Source of the DNA: an uncultured Gammaproteobacteria bacterium
GTDB lineage: Bacteria > Patescibacteriota > Patescibacteriia > UBA9934 > CAZDDW01
Length of the DNA: 64,000 nt
NCBI GenBank assembly: GCA_965231015.1
Contig: OZ246408.1
Coordinates: 83,755-147,754, forward strand
Direction of reading: 5' to 3'
How positions within the stretch are numbered: the stretch's first letter is position 1; each line of letters opens with the position of its first letter. Under the pieces are notes generated by a model, which made no database searches, was not told the DNA's origin, and saw only the letters and a list, made by a program, of their open reading frames with translations. Positions 10,120 to 18,465 of the stretch are shown here, piece after piece. The position numbers and the translations under genes are program-made.

Positions 10120-10148
10120 TTGACAAAAAGCCTAAAATATGCTATATT
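10120..10148 (+). promoter_or_regulatory. Promoter copy 1 of the island: TTGACA-17(…GCCTAAAATATGC)-TATATT
   Basis: A consensus -35/-10 at 17-nt spacing. Positions 10120-10155 are nearly identical to 12750-12785. Confidence 0.6.
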
Positions 10149-10290
10149 TGTATGTTCTCCGTGTTAGGCTTTTGGTCGTATTTTAGAAAATGCCGAGCGG
10201 AGGAAAAGATTTCCTCGCTCTTTACAATAAGGCAAAACCACAAAAAAAAATGTGCGGCGGCAAAAGCCGATCGCACGGAGGGAAACAAAA

Positions 10291-12675
10291 ATGGCCAAGT
10301 CTGCTACCGCAACCACTTTGATAAGCTTAGTGGCGAACATCGCCAACTGGACGAACGACAACCTGGGCGGTCGTATCGCGCGACCGTTCATCGAGAAGGC
10401 CATCCACGCGCTGTCCGCGCAGGGGGCCAAGTTGTCGGCCTCGGCCGTCATCAAAGAGCTCGTGAAGCTCGGCTTCAACCCGGAAGCCGTGCAGGGCTCG
10501 GCGCTCTTCAAGTACGCCGCTCCCACCCTGCTGACCGCAGGTGCGGGCGCGCTGAACGTGAAGGTGCCGGAATCGGTCTTCGGCGGTGATATCCGCCAGG
10601 CCAAGGAGCTCGAGAGCTTCTTGAACAACGTGATCGATCGAGCCGGCGAGGGAGCCTCGTCCGGCATCACCACAAGTGGGGTCGATGATCAGACCATGCC
10701 CGGGGTCACTCCCGGAACCATGGTCTACGGCAAGGCTCACAACATGCCGGGCCTCGCCGGGTACCGGCACCTGGCCATTCAGGGTCAGGGGGACCAGGTC
10801 TCCACGGTTTGTTCGGCCGTGGATCGGTTCTACGAGAACAACGCCTTGCGCGAGCTCATCATGAAGATGGGACTCCGGCGCCTCGACCGTGACACGGACG
10901 TCACGGAGATCGAGCCCCACATGACCTACCACCTCCCCCAGGAGGTCGACCACCTCCCGGACTGCCCCCACTGCCTCGGGCGTCTGATGGGCCTCGAGAG
11001 CGATGAGCTCTCGGGTCCGGACAGTCTGGAGCAGCTGCTCGACACTGAGCAGAAGCGAAAGTGGGCGGCTCTCGTCCGCCATGTGGCAGCTCACGAGCAC
11101 CGCGTGGCTATGATGATCCTGAAGAAGGGTCGCGTTGCGATCCTGAAGCAGGAGGGTCTCGTGGACGTGCTCAAGCTCGCCCTCGATGACATCGAGATCG
11201 GACCGGAGACGTTCGAGAAGGACGCCAGGCGGAAGGTGTTGCCCCACGGCATCACCGGAGCCGAGCATGACCGGACGGGCAACCAGATCGCCCCGTCGGC
11301 TCAGGGCGTCGTGGACGTCTTGTACCTCATGGACGAGGTTCAGGTCGATGGCGTCACCGAGTGGCGTCAGCTGCTCGACGAGTCCGTGGACGGGAACTGG
11401 TGGCAGGCCAAGAAGCGTCAGGCCGCCAAGTTCGTGGCCAACAACGGCGCGTTCGGCGTGGCAGTCCTGGCCTTCCTCGGGGTGCTCATGGGCATCCTGG
11501 TCCTCGGACTGGAGCTCATGTTCCTCGGGGCGGCGGCTCTTGGCGAGACGCTCTACGTCATGAGCTGGATGGGTGGTCCGGACTGGATGTTCGGCAACCC
11601 GATCGTTCCGGGCATCTTGAGCCTGTTCCTGGTCGCGATCGGCGTGGCCATCATGGCCGCTCCGTTTCACCTCCTTGAAAAGATGGTCTTTGGCCTTAAG
11701 AGCCACTGGCCGAGCTTTGACGAGGCAGTGGAGCGACTACCGGCATGGTTGCACTGGCTAAAGAGCGAGCGCGCCGAGGCCGGCACCACGGTGTACCGTC
11801 GCTCCGGGGTGGTCAAGTCACTGGCGCTGACCGTGATCACGGCTCACTTACTGTACGCCGTGCCGGTGCTGATCATCAACCTCGAGGCGTTTTTTTTCTT
11901 CCCGAACGTGCTGGAGGCAACCGAAGTGGTCAGCCGACTGATCGCCTTCCTGTCGCTGGCTATGCTCGGCTTCTGGATGCTGTCCGCCACGCGCGGGTCG
12001 TACCAGGAGGACAAGAATCGCGAAGAGGTTCTGTTGAATCGCCGGGGCGCGAACCGGTTCGTGGCTTTCCTATCGGATTCCGCGTACTCTGCGGTGAGGA
12101 GCTTCAACTGGGGCAGCGCGTTCACCTACGTGCTGTCCATCTGCGTGATCCCGGTCGTTTGGGGGGTCACGAAGATGTCTGGCTGGGCGTCCCCGTCGGT
12201 CACCAACCCCTCGATCATCGCGGGAGCCAACACGGGCTTCTTCACGAAGCTCACCGGTGTGCCCGGAAGCGTGCACCTCGGGGTGTTCGTGGGCATCTTG
12301 TTGGTCGCACTGCTTATATTGGTGGTGGCCGTGAACGTGCGCAACCGCGCCGGCGAGGTGGTGCTCTGGTCCATGATGGGCCTGTGCATCTTTCTGCTCG
12401 TCGGATACTTCGGCATCGGTGTTCCTGGTTTGACCGTGGCCAAGCTCGCCACGGACGTCGGACACGGAGACGGCTTCTTCGAAGCCCCGACGTACGACGG
12501 GATGTATCCCGACAAGAAGGACGAGCGACGCGCCCGGCGCAGTGCTCCGGTCTCGGGATATACCACAACCCCGACGACCGCCAACCCCCCTGTGGTTTCT
12601 AACCCCCAGCCCGGTTCGGATCGATCCGACGAGATCAAGAAGGCTCGTCAGGAATTGGCCGAATATGGCTGGTAG
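10291..12675 (+). CDS. GC-rich island protein A: 794 aa, a ~400-aa soluble N-domain (contains DCPHC) fused to a ~8-10 TM membrane domain and a Pro/Thr-rich tail; function unknown
   Basis: A GGAGGG RBS lies 9 nt upstream of the ATG. There is strong GC3 bias in this frame only. Long antisense ORFs are GC artefacts. No recognisable family motif. Confidence 0.72.
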   Translation: MAKSATATTLISLVANIANWTNDNLGGRIARPFIEKAIHALSAQGAKLSASAVIKELVKLGFNPEAVQGSALFKYAAPTLLTAGAGALNVKVPESVFGGDIRQAKELESFLNNVIDRAGEGASSGITTSGVDDQTMPGVTPGTMVYGKAHNMPGLAGYRHLAIQGQGDQVSTVCSAVDRFYENNALRELIMKMGLRRLDRDTDVTEIEPHMTYHLPQEVDHLPDCPHCLGRLMGLESDELSGPDSLEQLLDTEQKRKWAALVRHVAAHEHRVAMMILKKGRVAILKQEGLVDVLKLALDDIEIGPETFEKDARRKVLPHGITGAEHDRTGNQIAPSAQGVVDVLYLMDEVQVDGVTEWRQLLDESVDGNWWQAKKRQAAKFVANNGAFGVAVLAFLGVLMGILVLGLELMFLGAAALGETLYVMSWMGGPDWMFGNPIVPGILSLFLVAIGVAIMAAPFHLLEKMVFGLKSHWPSFDEAVERLPAWLHWLKSERAEAGTTVYRRSGVVKSLALTVITAHLLYAVPVLIINLEAFFFFPNVLEATEVVSRLIAFLSLAMLGFWMLSATRGSYQEDKNREEVLLNRRGANRFVAFLSDSAYSAVRSFNWGSAFTYVLSICVIPVVWGVTKMSGWASPSVTNPSIIAGANTGFFTKLTGVPGSVHLGVFVGILLVALLILVVAVNVRNRAGEVVLWSMMGLCIFLLVGYFGIGVPGLTVAKLATDVGHGDGFFEAPTYDGMYPDKKDERRARRSAPVSGYTTTPTTANPPVVSNPQPGSDRSDEIKKARQELAEYGW

Positions 12676-12683
12676 GACTTCCT

Positions 12684-12733
12684 GGCCCGGTCGGGACGCG
12701 CAGTAAAATGCGTTGTCTCGGCCGGGTCTTTTC
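12684..12733 (+). terminator. Imperfect hairpin terminator after protein A (GGCCCGGTCGGGAC…GTCTCGGCCGGGTC plus TTTT)
   Basis: A stem with 2 mismatches followed by a T-run. Confidence 0.4.
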
Positions 12734-12749
12734 CGTTTATGCTTATATC

Positions 12750-12778
12750 TTGACAAAATTGCTAAAATATGCTATATT
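12750..12778 (+). promoter_or_regulatory. Promoter copy 2 of the island: TTGACA-17(…TGCTAAAATATGC)-TATATT
   Basis: A near-duplicate of 10120-10148. Confidence 0.6.
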
Positions 12779-12980
12779 TATATGTTCACAATTCATACTC
12801 GAGGGGAAGAGTAAGGCGCTGATTCTTTGTTTAACTGGGTTTTCCGGTTAAATATCCCCTCAAGAATTAGCGCTTTATTCGTCCCATTGAGGACACCAAC
12901 CAGAACCTTTCAATAATAGAACGACGACGGGGGAGGACCCCCAACAATAAAGGGGTTCCACCCCGAAAGGAGATACGGGT
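12779..12980 (+). promoter_or_regulatory. Roughly 200-nt structured 5' leader of the lipoprotein gene (several G/C hairpins; AGGAGA RBS at its end)
   Basis: Hairpins CTCGAGGGGA…TCCCCTCAAG, GGGGGAGGACCCCC and AAAGGGGTTCCACCCC are seen directly. Confidence 0.4.
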
Positions 12981-13751
12981 ATGAGGTACATCCTCATGAT
13001 GCTCGCAACCCTGACCCTGGTCGGCACCTCCGGGTGCAGCACCTACAACACGGCCACTCGCGGTGGCCAGTTCTTCGGCACCGGTGCGGTGGCCGTGCGC
13101 GGCATGGACGTCGCACAGGACATGTGCACCACCAAGGACGGCGAGAGATTGCCGTGCAACCTGTCGGCCGTGAGCACCCCGCACGGGGCCGTGGTCGGCG
13201 CGAGCAACGGCGCCTACTACGGCTACCCGTACAGCGCGGTGCCGTACGCGCCGGGCATGATGCTCGGCGGATCGACCGGCAACCCGCAGCTAGACTCGGT
13301 CAAGTTGTACCGCGCCACCCATCCGGGGGTGCCGTACAACCAGACCGCGGCAGACCTGTCCGCGGCCGGGACGTACCAGGCGGTGCGTCAGGGTCAGATG
13401 ACCCGGGCCGCGGTGGCCGGCAACACCGCCGCGATCTACGATGTCGCGGCCGACCAAGCCGCCACGGACGAGTCCGTGCGCGGCCTTGAGGCGAACCAGG
13501 CCGCCACTGCGGCCGAGGTTGAGGACGTGAATCTGCGTTTGCATCAGAACGCGCAGACGCAACAACGGATGGCCCAGGACATTGCCGGGGCCATCAAGGA
13601 GAACGAGGACCGAGCCAATGCGGCCGGTCAGGCGGCCAGCCTGGCTCTCGAGGTTCTCGACGAGGGTGGGTCGAATGGTTCGGCACTGACCGTGGATCAC
13701 CAGATCGAGATCGCGGTTCCGGCCGGGACTGCGGAGGAGGACGACCGATGA
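12981..13751 (+). CDS. GC-rich island protein B: lipoprotein (lipobox LVGTSGC) with an Ala/Gln-rich coiled-coil C-terminus
   Basis: Signal peptide plus lipobox, AGGAGA RBS, and GC3 bias in this frame. Confidence 0.68.
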   Translation: MRYILMMLATLTLVGTSGCSTYNTATRGGQFFGTGAVAVRGMDVAQDMCTTKDGERLPCNLSAVSTPHGAVVGASNGAYYGYPYSAVPYAPGMMLGGSTGNPQLDSVKLYRATHPGVPYNQTAADLSAAGTYQAVRQGQMTRAAVAGNTAAIYDVAADQAATDESVRGLEANQAATAAEVEDVNLRLHQNAQTQQRMAQDIAGAIKENEDRANAAGQAASLALEVLDEGGSNGSALTVDHQIEIAVPAGTAEEDDR

Positions 13752-14566
13752 AGAAGCTAAACCTGATCGCGGTGGCCTTCGTGGTCGCCACCTGCTGTGT
13801 GCTCCCGGCCTACGGGCAGGGAGGCAACCAGCCTTTCGTGATCTCGGAGTCCACCTGGCAGATGTGCCGGGAGGAGGGGATCACGGTGTACGAGGAGTGC
13901 GTGCTCGCCAAGGCTGCCGTGTCCTACACGGCGGTCAAGGGAGAGCGTGACGAGCTTCAAACCCAGAACGCGCACCTGCGCGGTCAGGTCGCGAATCTCG
14001 AGGACGAGAACGCGCACCTGCGCGGTCGCGTCATCTCGCTTGAAGACGCCCAGAGCAGGCTCGAGGCCAAGCTCGACGACCTGCTCGCCGCATCCGCGAC
14101 CGGACCAGCGCCGAGCCTGACCACTCCGGCCATGCCCGCCGCCGCACCAGTGGCCGACCCGCTTTCGGTCGCCTGGAGCAGCGAGCCGCGCAACCACGAG
14201 TTCGCGGCCCTCACCGGTTTGACCTGGGAGTCGTGCGAAGACATGGGTCTTTGCACGGCGTTCGTGAACCAGTCCGCCTACTCGATCACGATCGACGTGG
14301 GCGGGGTGCGTACGGTCATCGGCCGGTCGCACGGGGTCGCGAGCCTCACTCCGGCGCCAACCACTCATGGCGCCGAGACTCTGGTCGGACCGGGTCAGCG
14401 GGTGTACTTGTACGTCGGAGAATCGAGCTTCGACGCCACGTACACCGCGTACGTGCCGATCCGAGGTACGTTCGTGCCGAGCTTCACAAAGACGGTCACG
14501 AACGTGAAGACCAAGGGGGCCAATCCTTTCAAGGGGATTGGCCGAGGTGGCTGGAGCTCCCTCTAG
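13748..14566 (+). CDS. GC-rich island protein C: secreted protein with tandem leucine-zipper-like repeats (NAHLRGQVANLEDENAHLRGRVISLED) and a C-terminal globular domain
   Basis: The ATGA start/stop overlap with protein B implies translational coupling. A signal peptide is present. The repeat is visible at the DNA level (13963-14040). Confidence 0.68.
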   Translation: MKKLNLIAVAFVVATCCVLPAYGQGGNQPFVISESTWQMCREEGITVYEECVLAKAAVSYTAVKGERDELQTQNAHLRGQVANLEDENAHLRGRVISLEDAQSRLEAKLDDLLAASATGPAPSLTTPAMPAAAPVADPLSVAWSSEPRNHEFAALTGLTWESCEDMGLCTAFVNQSAYSITIDVGGVRTVIGRSHGVASLTPAPTTHGAETLVGPGQRVYLYVGESSFDATYTAYVPIRGTFVPSFTKTVTNVKTKGANPFKGIGRGGWSSL

Positions 14567-14595
14567 CCCTGGTCTTCTTCTCTCCAAAAAAAAAA

Positions 14596-14634
14596 CACCC
14601 CGCAGGGTTCTCTTGCGGGGTGTCTCACTTTTTA
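14596..14634 (+). terminator. Strong rho-independent terminator ending the GC-rich cassette (CACCCCGCAGGG…CTTGCGGGGTG plus TTTTT)
   Basis: A 10-bp GC stem plus a T-run, immediately after protein C. Confidence 0.75.
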
Positions 14635-14644
14635 TAGAATTGTC

Positions 14645-15037
14645 TTAACCTTGGGCAGCTGTGACAATCGCGGAGATAACGTAGGAAGAAATGGCGTACG
14701 CAGCCACGGTAATGATCAGACCAATAATGGCATTGATCATAATTCCCTTGGCTTTCTTCACGGTGTCGGAATTACCACCGGCGGTCATCCAAAGAAATCC
14801 TGAATAAACAATCAGGACCACAAAGACAAGACCGAGCAACCCGAGCACCACGTTGATAATACCGGCAATTATGGTGGTCAAATCTCCTGAACCAAATCCA
14901 CCTTCTGTGCCAACGTCAGTCAGTGACTGTGAGGCTCCGTCTAAACCAGTAAAGGCATCATCTTGAGCATGAGCTACACTGGCACTAAGGTAAGTCAGTG
15001 GAGAAAGGGCCGCTAGGGTTTTGATAACCTTATGCAT
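14645..15037 (-). CDS. TrbC/VirB2-like pilin-family small membrane protein (paralog 5 of 5)
   Basis: Signal peptide, then hydrophobic helix, GGxxWMTxGGN loop, and a second hydrophobic helix (…YSGFLWMTAGGNSDTVKKAKG…). Confidence 0.5.
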   Translation of the reverse strand: MHKVIKTLAALSPLTYLSASVAHAQDDAFTGLDGASQSLTDVGTEGGFGSGDLTTIIAGIINVVLGLLGLVFVVLIVYSGFLWMTAGGNSDTVKKAKGIMINAIIGLIITVAAYAISSYVISAIVTAAQG

Positions 15038-15069
15038 AAGTTTGTTATTTATTAGTTTTCTAAAATTAA

Positions 15070-15456
15070 TTATCCGGCAGTACCTGATCCGCTCACGGCC
15101 TGAACAAGAGCCGGTACCACATAACTGGCAATGGCATAGGCCGCGGCCACAATCACAAGTCCAATCAGGGAATTAACAATGGTGGCTCGAGCCTTTTTGA
15201 CCGTTTCAGTGTTTCCCATCGCGGTCATCCAGGTAATACCACCATAAATTAAAAGCACTACAAAAACAAGACCAACAATACCAAGCACTGCATTAATGAT
15301 GCCAGCAACCACTCCGGCCAGGGACGGGGCCGTGGAACCAAATCCGGCCGCACCGGCAGTGTCCTGGAGACCGGTATCTTCCGGACTGATAGCCTGAACC
15401 AGGCTTGGTGGACCAAGCATCAGCAGACTCAAAATAACGTAGTAGACTTTTCGCAT
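15070..15456 (-). CDS. TrbC/VirB2-like pilin-family small membrane protein (paralog 4)
   Basis: Same architecture (…YGGITWMTAMGNTETVKKARA…). Confidence 0.5.
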   Translation of the reverse strand: MRKVYYVILSLLMLGPPSLVQAISPEDTGLQDTAGAAGFGSTAPSLAGVVAGIINAVLGIVGLVFVVLLIYGGITWMTAMGNTETVKKARATIVNSLIGLVIVAAAYAIASYVVPALVQAVSGSGTAG

Positions 15457-15530
15457 ATGACGCGAGAGGACGAAATATTCATCCGCTCACGCCAGGCCCC
15501 TTCTAAAATGAATCAGAAGGGGCTTTGGTT

Positions 15531-15956
15531 TTAAGCAACCGCTTCCACCAGAGCATTGATAACAAAGCTGGCGATAGCGTAGGCGGCAAGTACAATAGCC
15601 AGACCAATGATACCCATGATGATCAGCTTGCGTGCGTTACGCACCTTTTCATCTTGACCACCAGAGGTCATCCACAGGAAGCCACCCCAGAGAATGATCA
15701 CAACTGCTACTACTCCGAGGAATCCAAGGATGGCTCGGATAATGGTAGCGATCACAGTGGCCAGATCTGCCTGACCAAGACCAGCTACGTCCCCAATCGT
15801 TTCACCTTCCCCGCCTTCAACCCGTAAAAGATCATTAGCGGAAATTGGAGCGTAGGAGTCGTCATCATCGTCCTGCGCCAAGGCTGGAACAGCCACCATG
15901 CTCATGCATAGAGCCATACCAAGACCAAGGGCAATCAGCTTCTTTGTCATAGACAA
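15531..15956 (-). CDS. TrbC/VirB2-like pilin-family small membrane protein (paralog 3)
   Basis: Same architecture (…WGGFLWMTSGGQDEKVRNARK…) with an acidic DDDDD segment after the signal peptide. Confidence 0.5.
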   Translation of the reverse strand: MSMTKKLIALGLGMALCMSMVAVPALAQDDDDDSYAPISANDLLRVEGGEGETIGDVAGLGQADLATVIATIIRAILGFLGVVAVVIILWGGFLWMTSGGQDEKVRNARKLIIMGIIGLAIVLAAYAIASFVINALVEAVA

Positions 15957-16064
15957 ATGTGTTAATTAACTAGTTAATTACTTAAATAATTATAGCACAA
16001 TAAGCAGGAAACCGTATACACAAACAACTTAAATCAGAGTTTTTATTATTTGAAGCATAGCTTC

Positions 16065-16412
16065 TTAATTTCCACTGATTTCTCCACTCGTCAGAGCGCG
16101 AATGACTTGATCTACAGCTAAATACGAAGTGAAAATAATAGCCAGACCAATCACGGCCCAAATAAGAGTCTTTTTTCCTTTTTCTATTGCCTCGCTTTTA
16201 CCGCCCGAAGTTAACCAAAGAAAACCACCGTAGATGAACATTAAAAGAGCTACTGATCCGGAAATACCAAGAGCCACTCGAATGACGCGACCGATTAAAA
16301 CCGGAATAGAAGCTCCACCGAGTGGATCAGTTAATTCTTGAGCCAGGGCCGGGTTAATAATTACAACTAGGGCAACAAGGGTGAGAAAAGAAATTAAGTA
16401 AAACTTTTTCAT
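16065..16412 (-). CDS. TrbC/VirB2-like pilin-family small membrane protein (paralog 2)
   Basis: Same architecture (…YGGFLWLTSGGKSEAIEKGKK…). Confidence 0.5.
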   Translation of the reverse strand: MKKFYLISFLTLVALVVIINPALAQELTDPLGGASIPVLIGRVIRVALGISGSVALLMFIYGGFLWLTSGGKSEAIEKGKKTLIWAVIGLAIIFTSYLAVDQVIRALTSGEISGN

Positions 16413-16426
16413 ATAAATGTTTTTGA

Positions 16427-17071
16427 TTAAAATTCTTCAGGAGCCTCTCCAATATCAACTTCAGTACAACACACTTCCTCAGCTCCCAAAGGGCACAGTC
16501 CGGTTCCTGAACTACAGTTAGGGGCTAGGCCGTGGGTACTTTCCGAATAACACACGCCGCCTTCTTGATAATTACAAAGTGTGGTACAGATTCCGTTTTC
16601 ACAAACCGCGTTGACATCGCAGGCGGTTCCATCCTCAGTATCAAAGGTACATGGAGCATATTCAGCACTACTGCCGGCAATGGTTCCTCGGGTGATGGTT
16701 GATTCAACAGTTTGTATTCCGATGTAAGCCACGAATACAATAATGATTCCCACAATAGCCCCGGTTATATAGGCCTTGCCTTTTTGAACTCGACCGGATT
16801 CACCCTGGGAAGCCAGTAAATAAAAGCCACCAACTACAAACAGGAGCAGAGCCAAAGAGCCAACTATGCCCAAGATGTAATCTGAAATATTAACAAAGAC
16901 CTGTAAAAAGTCGTTTAAAGAACAGTCCCCGGTTTCCCAGCAGAGAGTGGTTACTCCCGAGAGTATTCCGGCCTCAGAAGCACTCACCGTACTTTCACTT
17001 TCCTGAGCCAGGGCTGGCAGGGCAGTGGCCGATAAGGTCAGGGCTATCAATAATCCTGTCAACCTTTTCAT
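16427..17071 (-). CDS. TrbC/VirB2-like pilin-family protein with an extra C-terminal Cys-rich domain (paralog 1)
   Basis: Core …GGFYLLASQGESGRVQKGKA…, plus a ~70-aa C-terminus with 14 Cys. The start overlaps the stop of the upstream SBP gene by 4 nt. Confidence 0.5.
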   Translation of the reverse strand: MKRLTGLLIALTLSATALPALAQESESTVSASEAGILSGVTTLCWETGDCSLNDFLQVFVNISDYILGIVGSLALLLFVVGGFYLLASQGESGRVQKGKAYITGAIVGIIIVFVAYIGIQTVESTITRGTIAGSSAEYAPCTFDTEDGTACDVNAVCENGICTTLCNYQEGGVCYSESTHGLAPNCSSGTGLCPLGAEEVCCTEVDIGEAPEEF

Positions 17072-18462
17072 AAAGTTTGATTTACTTGCGATTGAGCTTT
17101 GCGTAATTCTTTTTCCAGGTCTTCCGCACCGGTTAAGACATCTTCGACAAAGTTTAACAGGGCTTCTTCAGCGGCTTCAGCATCTTCTCCGTCATACCAA
17201 TCATCAGCTGTTAACACTTGGCTGGCGAAAACAGACAGGTCAAGATCATCAAGTTGGGTGTTAATCAGTGAGCGCAAAGCGGTTGGTTTATCTGCGCTTT
17301 CTAAAAACTTGATTACGTTTTCAGCCTCGGCAGTATATTGGATAAAGTCCCAGGCTTCATTTAAGTGCTCGGTGTCTTTGGCCACAACCTCGATCCAATA
17401 GTTAGCAAAATTGACTGTACGGCTGTTTTCAATTTGTGGCACCGGAGCAATTTCAAAGTTGAGTTTTGGATTGCGAGCTCGCAGCTGTGGAATGTGATAG
17501 GCATAGCCAAAGAAGAAGGCGGTAGTGCCATTGGCAAAAGCATCAAACGAATCTTCCATATCTTCGTTCCAAGTATAAACTTCTTTGATTGGATTGGCAA
17601 AATCAGTGTAGAAACGCACGGCATCAATGGCCGGAGGAGTGCGACTGGTAGACCCAGTCGGAACCTCGGCAAAGTAAGCACGGTTCCCACTCATCATCTG
17701 AGTTCCATTTTGCATCATTAAAATTGATACAATATCGACCGCCCGTTCCACATTTTCTGTGGTTCCAATTGCTGCTCCAGACTGAACAATTCCACCATCT
17801 AGGTCAACCAAGGTGAGTTCTTTAACTTGAGATTGAAAATCTGACCATGTAGCCGGTGGTTCCGGAATTCCGGCCGCGTTCAAAAGATCCTTGTTGTAAA
17901 AAAGGGCCAGGGTATCGACTGAATAGGGTAGGCCCCAAATGCGGTTCTCTGAAGCTGATTGACTTGAGGCCTGATAACGGCGCACCACGTCATCAGCCAC
18001 CACATCGACATAGTCATTTTTTAGCTTATTAATGGTCAGGCTTTTTTCTTCCCGAATGACAGCCACAGTTTCTTTTTGAAGAGTGCCCTGAACTTCAAGA
18101 TAGACCAGGTTAAGACTTTCCGGTAGCGGAGTAATCAGAGGCTCATATTTTTCCATCCATGTGTTGTGAATACTAAACATGTCCGGCCCTCGGTCTTCTG
18201 CAAAAGCTTGCACCAGCTCGTCCTCATATTCTTCGTATCTCTTTTTTACGATGTTGATGTTGATGTTGGGGTGGATTTCACGGTAAGCACTGATAATTTC
18301 ATCAAAATCATTCTCTCCCTCGAAAACTCGCCAGTAGGTCAAGTTGATTTTTTCATTGGCGGCTTGTTGGGCTGCCTGGTTTCCACCTTTAAAACAGCTC
18401 TGTCCAGTGGTTACTAGAAAAATCAAGACCAAGGCCAATAAACTGATTCTTTTTATTTTCAT
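17068..18462 (-). CDS. ABC transporter extracellular solute-binding lipoprotein (family 1, sugar-type)
   Basis: Lipobox (TTGQSC), length and composition typical of SBP_bac_1. Confidence 0.75.
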   Translation of the reverse strand: MKIKRISLLALVLIFLVTTGQSCFKGGNQAAQQAANEKINLTYWRVFEGENDFDEIISAYREIHPNININIVKKRYEEYEDELVQAFAEDRGPDMFSIHNTWMEKYEPLITPLPESLNLVYLEVQGTLQKETVAVIREEKSLTINKLKNDYVDVVADDVVRRYQASSQSASENRIWGLPYSVDTLALFYNKDLLNAAGIPEPPATWSDFQSQVKELTLVDLDGGIVQSGAAIGTTENVERAVDIVSILMMQNGTQMMSGNRAYFAEVPTGSTSRTPPAIDAVRFYTDFANPIKEVYTWNEDMEDSFDAFANGTTAFFFGYAYHIPQLRARNPKLNFEIAPVPQIENSRTVNFANYWIEVVAKDTEHLNEAWDFIQYTAEAENVIKFLESADKPTALRSLINTQLDDLDLSVFASQVLTADDWYDGEDAEAAEEALLNFVEDVLTGAEDLEKELRKAQSQVNQTL

Positions 18463-18465
18463 ATT

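Noticed and set aside
10164-14587. Long antisense and alternative-frame ORFs throughout the GC-rich cassette (for example 10327-11706 minus, 11186-11678 plus, 12070-12756 minus, 13034-13489 plus, 13757-14587 minus)
   Set aside because: GC-rich DNA lacks stop codons in all frames. Only the three plus-strand frames called show strong GC3 bias, proper RBSs, signal peptides or TM helices and operon-like spacing. The others translate to Arg/Pro/Gly-rich low-complexity sequence.
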